Shown here piece after piece: positions 36,726 to 46,505 of a DNA stretch of 64,000 nucleotides. The notes under the pieces are model-generated. The model did no database searches. It worked only from the letters and a program-made list of their open reading frames with translations, and was not told the origin of the DNA. The stretch's first letter is position 1. Each line of letters opens with the position of its first letter. The stretch is from Felis catus (Eukaryota), in the NCBI RefSeq assembly GCF_018350175.1, contig NC_058368.1:129210001-129274000 (forward strand), in the 5' to 3' direction. A program made the position numbers and the translations under genes.

Positions 36726-36927
36726 TGCATGTTTATTTATTTTGAGAGAGAGTGCACATGCATGCATGAGAGAGAGAAGGGTAGGGAGGGCAGAGACATA
36801 ATTCCAAACAGGCTCCCCACTGTCGGCACAGAGCTCAATGTGGGGCTTCATCTCATGAACTGTGAGATCATGACCTGAGCCGAAATCAAGAGTCAGGTGC
36901 TTAACTGGCTGACCCACTCAGGCTCCC
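36726..36927 (-). mobile_element. Older CAN-SINE
   Basis: gtttatttattttgagagag..tgagatcatgacctgagccgaaatcaagagtc..actcaggctccc. Confidence 0.92.
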
Positions 36928-37016
36928 TTATTAATTTATTTTCATAATAATGATGAATTTGCAGGCCAGGAGTCTATGGTAGGATTGAGATAACCTAAGA
37001 AATAACAGGGAGGCAT

Positions 37017-37224
37017 GGGGCACCTGGGTGGCTCAGTTGGTTAAGCTTCTGACTCTTGATTTTGGTTCAGGTCATGATCTCATGGTTTGTGAGTTCTAGC
37101 CCCGCATCAGACTCTGTGCTGATCATGCAGAGCCTGCTTGAGATTCTCTTTCCCTTTCTCTCTCTGCCTCTACACTGTTCACGTTCTCTCTTTCTTTCAA
37201 AAATAAGAAGACATTTAAAAAAAA
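37017..37224 (+). mobile_element. CAN-SINE
   Basis: ggggcacctgggtggctcagttggttaag..; degenerate TSD aaataacagggaggca / aaatacagcaaggca. Confidence 0.93.
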
Positions 37225-38359
37225 TACAGCAAGGCACAGGTGAGTTCTTCTGAAAGAAAAAGGAAGCTATGGGATGTGGAGAAGTTTCGGGGTAACCATA
37301 CAGCCGGCTGCCTAACTATCTGCAGTTCTGCTGGGCGTGGTTTGGGTGTATTACACACGTGGTGTCTGTAGATCAGCAGGAAAAGGATATGTGTGGACAG
37401 AGTGAGAGCAATTCCAGAGAGCTCGATACACATTCCAGGGGGTACAGATTACTAGATCTGCTCATGAGCTGGAAGGAGCCCTTAAACTTTTGCCCCACTG
37501 GAAAGTGACTTCATATAAGGCAGGGCCCTGGCTTGCTTTCCAGTGTCCGTTGTTTCTAGACTTTGGAGAAGTGAATGAAGTCCCTTTGCCTTCAGGTGTG
37601 TCACCTGTGAGTGGGGACATTTGCTGTGAAAGAGACCATCGAGGAGGATAGAGCATGGGGTTTGAGCAAGGCCTTTGTACGTTATAAAGTATCACACAAA
37701 TGTTTATTACTTGTTACTCTCTTTACGGCCCAAGCAGCTTCCTCCACACCATCTGTGATGCACCTGGAAACCCTGAAGAAGCCCGCACGGTGCTGTGCTT
37801 GTTCAGTGATTACACTCAGCCACTCTACTGAGCACCCGCTGTAGGCCAGGATCTTCTCTAGGCCTGGAGAGCTAGGACGTAGGGTGAACAAAACAAAGCA
37901 AATGGCAGTTAAGTGGCACAAAGCAAATTAAAGTGGGTTAAGGGGCCAGAGATGGACGGAGATGGGGTGTGACAGTTTGGCTCGGACCATCAGTGACTCT
38001 TGAGTAGAGAGATCTGGCCAAGTGAATGAATGAGCCTTGCGGTAGTGTGTCAGGGTATGGATGAGGTTGTTATTTAATTGAATCTTTTCAATAATCCTAG
38101 AAGGCGGGTATTTTTATATGAAAGGATATGGGAGCAAGGAGGTGGGAAGCAAGGTACCCGAGCAAGCAGGGCAGGGGAGCACAGGGCGTGTCTCGTCCTG
38201 CAGCACTGCTCCCCATCCCGTGCCCACACTGCCCCTCTCTTTCCACCATCAGCCACGTCATCCTGTCCTCCTCTTTCTCTTCCCACCCTGCTGACATGGG
38301 CCTTTCTTCAACTTTCCTGTGTTGCTGATTTTAAGCTCTGAGCTGGATCTCGCACATGC

Positions 38360-38820
38360 TCATTCCTTTCCACCTCCTCAGCCAGGTCATCGTCATCTCT
38401 TGCTAGCAGAAGCTCCCAACTGCCCTCTGTGCTTCCAGTTCATTCTCTGAGCAGCAGCTCAGGTGATCTTTTGCAAATGTAAATTGGATTGTGTCACTCT
38501 GTGTTGAAAATCCTCCAGTGGCTTCCCACTTGTGCTCAGAATAAAACTCACACTTCTCGCCCTGACTCTAGCCCGGTGCGATCCCGCCTCTGCCTACCTT
38601 TCCAACCTTTTCTTGTGCCACTTTCCCCCTTGTGCACTCAGATCTTTTTTCAGTTCCTGAAACATGTCATGCTCTATGCCCTTTACATTCTGATCCAAGC
38701 GCATGTACCCCCTGAGCTCTAGCCAAGTTTTCTTCATTTTGAGTCTTCAAATTAAATGTCACTTGTGCAGATAGGCCTCCTCTAGTCCCCCAGCTTAAAT
38801 TAGGTCTCTCTTGCTATGAT
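38360..38820 (+). mobile_element. L2 fragment
   Basis: gcagcagctcaggtgatcttttgcaaatgtaaattggattgtgtcactctg..aaaatcctccagtggcttcccact. Confidence 0.75.
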
Positions 38821-38852
38821 AGACTATGATGCCATGAAAACAGAGGCTGGCC

Positions 38853-39374
38853 ATGGTAGGCAGGCTTCACCGCAGCCCCAGTGATCTCACCTCCTGGCTT
38901 TCACAGCCTTGGGTAATTCTTACCCCTTCAGTGGCATCTGAACCCAGTGATTTGATTTGAATCAATAGAATATGGCAAAGGTGCAAAGATATCAATTCTT
39001 CAATTAAGTTACAAGAGATCATGACCTTTGCCTTGCATTCTTGGCCTGAACACTTTGTTGAAGCAAGTTATCATATTGGAGAGACCCAAGTGGCAAGGAA
39101 CTGGGGGCGGCTTCTGGTCAACATCCATCCAGGAACTTGGGCCCTCGAGAAACTGAGGTTGGAAGTAGAGCTTTCCTCGGATGAGCCTTCAGGGGGAACC
39201 ACAGACTCTGGGCTGACGTCTCCAGTGCAGCCTTGTGAGAGGTTGTGAAGCAGAGGACCCAGGTATGCCGCACGTGGTTTCCACTCCAAAGAAACCGTGA
39301 GATAATAAATGTGTGTTGTTTTCAGGTACTCAGTTTTGGACTAATCTGTTATGCCACAACAGGTGACTCTCACA
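38853..39374 (+). mobile_element. MLT1E/F-like MaLR solo LTR
   Basis: tggtaggcag..cccagtgatctcacctcctgg..aatcaatagaatatggcaaaggtg..gataataaatgtgtgttgtttt..tctgttatgccacaacagg. Confidence 0.85.
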
Positions 39375-40789
39375 CGGTCTGAACGTTCATTCATAAACAT
39401 TTTTTTAATGAATGAATGATTGCCTCTTTCATGCTGTGAACATATTAAGCAAGATTGGGGAAGGAAGTGTCCCAAGACACCAAGATCAAGCTTATAATCT
39501 TTGTAGCTCTCAGGTCTCATAGGGCTTTATTTCCCAGGCCACATAGCAAACTGAATAGAAGGCCTGTTGCCTTCCTGAAAAGCTAGTTTTAAGCAAATGA
39601 CCTTACCTTTGACCATTCTCAAGACTATCTCTTGATCCTCTCGGGATCCGGTGTTCTAATAAGATAAATTCCGAAACCCGATATGCATTGTTTCTGACAG
39701 TGCATGAATTCTCCAACTGCACAAATAACCCCACCCTTTTTCCTAGTTATCAGTGATGCCACGCTCATGTGATAATGCCCCGAAATGAATAATTTATGGT
39801 TTATGAGTACACTTCATGAATATACAGGATGCCATATAAAATAACATAAATGTTTCCTAATAGAATTAATACACTTTCCAAGCAGTTCAGCTTGAGGCAA
39901 TTATTGCACTTCCTGGGAGATACAAATTACTTTGCCCTCAGCCTCATGCCAAATAACCCCCCTAAGACACACACTAATTACCCAGAAATACACGGCCTGC
40001 CATAGCTCATTGACTAATTGACAATCAGTTTAAAACTTCAGCAAAATATCTTAAAACTTAGGCTTCGCATTTAGCAAGGAAACCCATTTTGTTTATCTCC
40101 CCATTTTGGTCTGCCTCATTGGCAGAGCTGTAGCTTGGCTTGTCAGTAATGACTGAGCAGACTTATTATAACGATCAATGGTAAAGGAACAGCATTCCAT
40201 CATAGCATGTAGCATTTCCATCTTTCATTTCTGTGATTCTATTAAGAACAATTACCAATATTATATCCGTTAATATGGTACAAAAATAGAATGCAACAGT
40301 TACTGCTAATGTGGTCCATGAAGCTCACGGTATAGCCGCAGCCACCTGCTTCCTCTTGCACTTGGAAGATGTGCCTTTCCGTGCCCTGTGCCCTTTACCT
40401 TCTGATCCGGGCACGTGCACCCAGAGTTCGTGCTGCACCTTCATGCCTTCCTCCTGCTTCAGAAAGAAGCTCTGGGCCAAAGCCAAGGCCTTGGGAATGA
40501 TTCCAGACTATATCCTTCCTATCTACAAGTCACTGTTGGCAACCTCCCTTCGTTAGCAAGTGTATGCACCTCCCTGTGCTTGAGTCTTCTTTCAGAACAT
40601 TCCAAGAGTTGACATGTCATCTCAAAACTTTTTCTGGATTTTCTAGGACGGTCCAGTCTTGTAAGGGATGTTTACCCAAATTTCAGACAACTGACTTGTA
40701 ATGAAATATCTGGGACATAGCCCGTTCATGCACTGGAGATGGCTGTCGCAGGTGGTGTGGAACAGATCCGGAGGGGTACAGAGCTAGGA

Positions 40790-41260
40790 GATGCAATTGT
40801 CGTGGGATCGTTTGACTGGTGCGTCATCTGGTTGCAGCCACAGAATAGTCAAACAGGAGTGGCTTGAACAGTTAGGAAATTATCTTTCTCACAGAACAAG
40901 ACTTCCAAAGGCAAGAAGTCAGGGGCTGGTGTTGCGGCTCGTTGATGGCATCAAAGTCCCCGCTCCTTCTGTCTTTCTCCTTTTCCATCCTTGACATGTG
41001 GCAGGTCGTCTCCTGTTCTGGAAGTAGGAGAGGGGTCTGCACCAGCTGTGTCTAATGCTTCCAACAGGAAAGTGCAAGCTCTGCCCTACATACTCATCAC
41101 ACTTCAGCTTAGGTCTCAGTAGCTAAAACTGTGTCACACTGGCCACTTTGGCTAGAATGCAGGCCTGGAAATGGTGTTTAGCTGGGCACGGTGCTGTCCC
41201 TAATAAATCAGGGCTCTTTTAGCAAGGGGTACATGGACACAGAAGTGGGGGGGAGGATAA
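40790..41260 (-). mobile_element. MLT1K/L-like LTR
   Basis: ggttgcagccacagaa..caggagtggcttgaaca..tcagtagctaaaactgtgtcaca..tgcaggcctggaaatgg. Confidence 0.65.
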
Positions 41261-41616
41261 GTGAGTGTGTCATAAGTGGGAAGTTCTGAGAGAAGAAGAG
41301 ATTGTCTAGGCTGGAATGTGAGGGATGGGTAAGATTTAGGCAGGAGACAGGAGAGGAAAAAGATCTTTGGTAAAGCTAACAGTGAGTAACTCTGTGCAAG
41401 GAAGTATGAGTGGCATGTCTAGGAGATTGGGGGAACATTGCTCCAAGAAATTTTGTTCTGAGAAGTTGGAAAAAAAGTCAGCAGAGTGAGGTGTGTCCAG
41501 TTCTGGGAGGAACCTCCCCCCATCCCTGCCCCCAACACATTCCCCCCTCATGCTTCCTTCTGGAGCCTCCTTGGTCAGATTCAAGCATACTTTCTGACCA
41601 AAAAGAATGAAATCTT

Positions 41617-41823
41617 GGGGTGCCTGGGTGACTCAGTCGGTTAAGTGTCCAACTTCAGCTCAGGTCATGGTCTCACTGTTCGTGTGTTCGAGCCCCACAT
41701 CGGGCTCTCTTAGAGCCTGGAGCCTGCTTCAGATTCTGTGTCTTCCTCTCGCTTTGCCCCTCCCCTGCTCATGCTCTCTCTCTCTCTCTCTCTCAAAAAT
41801 CAATAAACATTAAAAAAAAGAAG
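41617..41823 (+). mobile_element. SINEC_Fc (CAN-SINE)
   Basis: Perfect 14-bp TSD aagaatgaaatctt (41603-41616 / 41824-41837). Confidence 0.96.
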
Positions 41824-41878
41824 AAGAATGAAATCTTAAGAGGATTCTGCTCCCTGTACTTTGATCTCTCCTCTAAGC

Positions 41879-41986
41879 CAGTTGTTTGCAACACTGGCTA
41901 CACATTGGAATAACTCGGGAGAAGTTGTAAAAATCCTGATACCAAGGCCATTCCCCCGACCAATTAAGTCAGACTCTGGGTGGGGT
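41879..41986. mobile_element. MER5B fragment (host of the MER63 insertion; resumes ~44121-44140)
   Basis: actggctacacattggaataactcgggagaagttgtaaaaatcctgatacc..accaattaagtcagactctggg. Confidence 0.75.
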
Positions 41987-42140
41987 AAGTGGAGTGCTGG
42001 TAAAAGTTTAATAACTGGCTCCTTAGGGAAAAAAAAAAAAAACCCATGCATGTATATACATAGCTAAATTTATTATAAATTGTACTGATACAAAGAATGT
42101 GTAGCCTACCACTTACAAACGATCATAAAAGACAGTACTC

Positions 42141-42214
42141 TTTTTTTTTAAGAGTATTTTTTAATTTTAAGTATTTTTTTTTGAGAGATAGAGACAGAGC
42201 ATGAGTGGGGGAGG

Positions 42215-42264
<50 letters not shown>

Positions 42265-42395
42265 CAGAGTCTGAAGAGGCTCCAGGCTCTGAGCTGTCAG
42301 CACAGAGCCTGGTTCGGGGCTCGAACTCACAAGCCGTGAGATCATGACCTGAGCTGAAGTCAGACACTTAACTGACTGAGCCACCCAGGCGCCCC
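42141..42395 (-). mobile_element. SINEC_Fc (CAN-SINE)
   Basis: TSD agacagtactcttt on both sides; expanded (GA)n. Confidence 0.97.
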
Positions 42396-42944
42396 TAGAC
42401 AGTACTCTTTATTATAGAATGTTCTTTAGGCCATTGATTCTCAGATAATGCTTTCCTTTTTTCTTTTTTTCTGAGCTCTTGTGTCTGTAGTTAGCTTATG
42501 GCTGTGATTCGACTGTGATTTCACACAATCAGACTGCACACGAATGCTTGGTTACTGTCCAAACTCAACCATTGACTCATGGATGTGATTCCATCATAAA
42601 TGTTAGTTGACATTTTCGTTTACGTTGACAAAGAAGATGAACACGAAACAACAAAGATATATGTTGGAACTTCACTTGTTCATCAGTGACACAAGAGACT
42701 TCTTTGCTGATGAGGCCTTAGTTTTCAAATACTGGAAGAATAGTTCCTTAATTTTCTATGCCATTCACCATGTGACATTTAGAGATACGATACACTTTTA
42801 AGTTTAATTTGTATTTTTAACCTCTCACCTGTCCCTTTCATAAGTCTAGACCAGGGCTTGGCTAAGTTTTTCCAGTAAAGAAACAGATAGTAACTATTTT
42901 CTGTTCTGTGGACCAGAAAAGGTCTTTTTCTCCTTGCCCCCCTT

Positions 42945-43189
42945 TTTATTTTTATTTCTATTTTTTTTTAATGTTTAATATTTATTTTTGTGTCAGAGAG
43001 AGAGAGAGAGAACAAGAGCGCATGCACAAGTAGGGAAGGGGCAGAGAGAGAGGGAGATACAAAATCCAAACTAGGCTTCAGGCTCTGAGCTGTTAGCGTA
43101 GAGCCTGACGCAGGGGTTGAACTCACAACTGTGAGATCATGACCTGAGCTGAAGTTGGATGCTCAATAGACTGAGCCACCCAGACGCCC
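42945..43189 (-). mobile_element. CAN-SINE (older of the tandem pair)
   Basis: Full SINE body ending ccacccagacgccc. Confidence 0.95.
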
Positions 43190-43201
43190 TTGTGCCCCCC
43201 C

Positions 43202-43422
43202 TTTTTTTTTAAATTTTTTTTAACGTTTATTTATTTTTGAGACAGAGAGAGACAGAGCATGAATGGGGGAGGGTCAGAGAGAGGGAGACACAGAATCGGA
43301 AACAGGCTTCAGGCTCCGAGCTGTCAGCACAGAGCCTGACGCGGGGCTTGAACTCACGGACCGCGAGATCACGACCTGAGCCGAAGTCGGCCGCTCAACT
43401 GACTGAGCCACCCAGGTGCCCC
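43202..43422 (-). mobile_element. SINEC_Fc (younger of the tandem pair)
   Basis: CpG-rich body gcggggcttgaactcacggaccgcgagatcacgacc..ccaggtgcccc. Confidence 0.96.
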
Positions 43423-43765
43423 TGCGCCCCCTTTTTAAAACAATCTTTAAAAATGTAAAAACTCATGAGTCATGCAGAAACAGACTGTAGGCCAGTCTTG
43501 GCCTGTGCACTGTAGTACGCCCATCCCTAATCCAGACATCAACACAGCAAATCAAGCCCTGATTTATAGTATTTGCTGATTCCTGTGGTGTAAAGATTCC
43601 ATAAGCCACCAGTGTGACAGCCCTGAATGTGGAGCTGGGCAGAGATGCATGACGACACATCATTAGGTAGTGTTTCCACCATTCAGGTGCAACAGACAAT
43701 CCCAAGAGCATAGACAGTAGTCTAATAATCAGAAAGTGATGAATGTTGAGTATTTACCACCTTTA

Positions 43766-43978
43766 TTTTATTTTTTAAAACTTTTGAAGTGATTTTTTAA
43801 TGTTTTATTTATTTTGAGGGGGGGAAGGGGGAGAGAGAGAGGGAGAGAGAGAGAATCCAAAGCAGGCTCCTCGCCCAGTGCAGAGCTCAGTGCAGGGCTC
43901 CAGCTCATGACTGTGAGATCATGACCTGTGCCCAAATCAAGAGTCGGATGCTTAGCTGACTGAGCCACCTAGGTGCCA
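43766..43978 (-). mobile_element. Older CAN-SINE
   Basis: gagaatccaaagcaggctcc..catgacctgtgcccaaatcaagagtcggatgctt..cctaggtgcc. Confidence 0.92.
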
Positions 43979-44161
43979 CAAATACCTCTATTTTTAATAA
44001 GACTCATTTATTTGTGTGCTTATATAATCTTTTTTTGCATAGTGGCTGTGTTTAACAACTGGCTTTGGAAATGTAGCATTTTCTTGTGAGCTGGGAAGAA
44101 TTGGCTCTGGTACACCAATAGATGGGATTCAGGTGTCTTTCTGTGAGGGGAGGGTATTTTT

Positions 44162-44375
44162 TTTTTTTTTTACTGTTTTATTTATTTTTGAGACAGAGAG
44201 AGATAGAGCATGAGCAGGGGAGGGGTAGAGAGAGAGGGAGACACAGAATCCAAAGCAGGCTCCAGGCTCCGGGCTGTCAGCACAGAGCCTGACGCGGGGC
44301 TTGAACTCACAAACCGTGAGATCATGACCTGAGCCGCAGTCGGACGCTTAACCGACTGAGCCACCCAGGTGCCCC
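44162..44375 (-). mobile_element. SINEC_Fc inserted at an L1 tail
   Basis: TSD ggggagggtattttt (44147-44161 / 44376-44390). Confidence 0.97.
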
Positions 44376-44385
44376 GGGGAGGGTA

Positions 44386-44865
44386 TTTTTTTAATAGACT
44401 TTATTTTTTAGAGCTGTTTTAGGTTCACAGTAATATTGAGCAGAAATTACAGAGATTTCCCGTTTACTCTCTGCCCCCACATGTGCATAGTCTTCCTTTT
44501 ATTATCAACACCCCCCAGCAGGGTGCTGCATTTATTACGGTTGATGAACCTCCACTGTCACCTCATTATCACCCAGAGTCCATGGTTTACATTACAGTTC
44601 ACTCTTGGTGTTGTACATTCTATGGGTTGGACAAATTTATAATGACACATATCCACCATTATAGTATCATAAAGGGTAGTTTCGCTGCCCTGAAAATCCT
44701 CTGTGCTCTGCCTCCTCACCCCTCCCTCCCCTCTCCACACCCCCTGGCAACCACTGATTTTTTTTTTTTTTTTTTACTGTCTTCATAGTTTTGCCTTTTC
44801 TGAAAAGTCATATAGTTGGGCTTATACAGTATGTAGCATCTCAGTTGACTTCTTTCACTTGGCAG
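44386..44865 (-). mobile_element. L1MC1/L1MC2-like 3' end
   Basis: ttttaggttcacag..attgagcagaaa..gttgatgaacctcca..cattatcacccagagtccatggtttacatt..ggtgttgtacattctatggg. Confidence 0.9.
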
Positions 44866-45754
44866 TCTGCATTCTGCCTCTGCCTTTCCCAGTAGTCAAC
44901 TCCTGGTCTTGTCACACCTGAGTTATTGCCACTCTGCCAGCCTCCTGTGGTCACCTGCTCTAATTAACCACCATGCCTTCTCTTCTGCCGACACAGGTAA
45001 GTCAGCAGCCTCAGTCTTGATTATTTATTTGCAACTCCAGGGCTGCACTCCCCCATCTTCCTCCTGGAACTAGTGCCTGGCACAGTCCGTGCACAATAGA
45101 TATTAGAAGAACGAGCTTTCCAAGGACAATCCAGTTTCCACCACGGCTCTGTAGGCAGGCGAAGCCAGGTCATGGAGGCCTATCATGAAAGTCATTTACG
45201 TATTTGATCTCAGATCCATCATCTACCTTCCCCACTTTGAACCTCGACATACTGACCTCCTGCAAGCTTCCTTGTCACCTGGCTTTGGAGATAGTGTGGT
45301 CTGTGGAAGACTGGCGAGCAACGGGAGAAAAGGAGCCAGAGTATTCCCCACTTTTTCTTCCTGCCCTGGGTGGTGTCACCGCAGTGTCTGTGCCCTGTTC
45401 CACACTCCAGCTCCTACTTACCAGTGCCTTCTGTGATCGTAGCTTCCTGGATAGCCCCGGCTCCGGGGCTCTGCTCTTCTCTGGCCCCAGGTACTGGCTC
45501 CCACTTGTGCTCATTTGCCTTACCATCCCTTTCACCTCGTTCAACATCTTTGTAACAACTCCCCAGCATTCCTTCTCTTGAGGTTCTTTCTTAGCAGGAC
45601 CTTGTCAGATTCAGTTTGATACGCTTGGCTGAGGATTCTGGGCTTCATGCTTTATGGAGGGTGGTAGGACAATGCTGAAGGTTTCTGAGGAGGAAATGGA
45701 TATGATCAAATGGGTCTTTTAGGAGGATTCATTTAGCAGAGGTGGAAGGAATGG

Positions 45755-45936
45755 ACTATAGGATCTATGGATCCCTGGAAGATGTGTAGATAGCCTTTAC
45801 GAGTCTGTGGATATTCTACAACTGTATACAAAATTTTGTGTATATGTGTGTAAGTGTAAGTGAATTTTTTCTGTGGAGGGAGGCCATGCTTTTCATCACA
45901 TTCTCTGTGAGATTCTAATGGTGTTAAGAACTACTG
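45755..45936. mobile_element. MER103C-like hAT-Charlie MITE
   Basis: caaaattttgtgtatatgtg..ttttctgtggagggaggccatgcttttcatcacattctc..gttaagaactactg. Confidence 0.7.
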
Positions 45937-45978
45937 GGCTAGAAGTAGGGAGGCCAGTTAGGAAGCTAAGTAGTTCAG

Positions 45979-46505
45979 TGTGTCACTGAGGGTTCTGGCA
46001 AAAAACAGCATTCACCTGAGAATGTTCCGGTGGCGGCCTTAAAGAAGAGAGTGCATTCAGAAATATGGGCAGGGTTAGATGAATGAGCAAGAAGCATCGG
46101 GGCACCCAGAGATCAGCATCAATAGGAAGCTATCAGCACCTCCCCGTCCCCTGCCCAAGGACTATAGGGCAAGGGGATAAGACTGAATGAAGGGGGCCCA
46201 GGACAGCTGGAACCCCGGAGGAGAGGCCACTCTGTGGAGCAGGAGTGCTGGAGGGATCAGCCTCTTCAGAAATGGGGGATCAAAGCAGGGAGCCTTGAAG
46301 GAAGGCACATGCTGGCCTTTCTCCTCCCACTCTCTGATCGACTATCATCAGGGCCTCCCCATGGTCTCTAATCACCAAGGTTTAGAGAGGCTAACCTTCC
46401 AAGTGAAGCTGGGTGATGTGATCAGCAGGGCCAGAGCAGGGCAGCAAGTGTGGGTAAATGGATGGACTGAGACAGAGCAGTGTCCCAGAAAATAAATAAC
46501 ACACA
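45979..46505. mobile_element. LTR33-like ERVL LTR
   Basis: tgtgtcactgagggttctggcaaaaaacag..gggcagggttag..ggcacccagagatcagcatcaataggaagc..cctccccatgg..gggccagagcaggg. Confidence 0.65.

Larger units (their letters stand above)
42852..43529. mobile_element. MER58C-like MITE containing two SINEs
   Basis: cagggcttggctaagtttttccagtaaagaaacagatagtaa..acaatctttaaaaatgtaaaaa..ctgtagtacgcccatcccta; 8-bp TSD gtctagac / atccagac. Confidence 0.8.
41987..44120 (-). mobile_element. MER63D-like hAT-Blackjack DNA transposon, multiply interrupted
   Basis: Degenerate TIRs aagtggagtgctgg / ctggtacaccaata; 8-bp TSD ggtggggt / gatgggat; internal aaatcaagccctgatttatagtatttgctgatt and tgtttaacaactggct. Confidence 0.8.
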
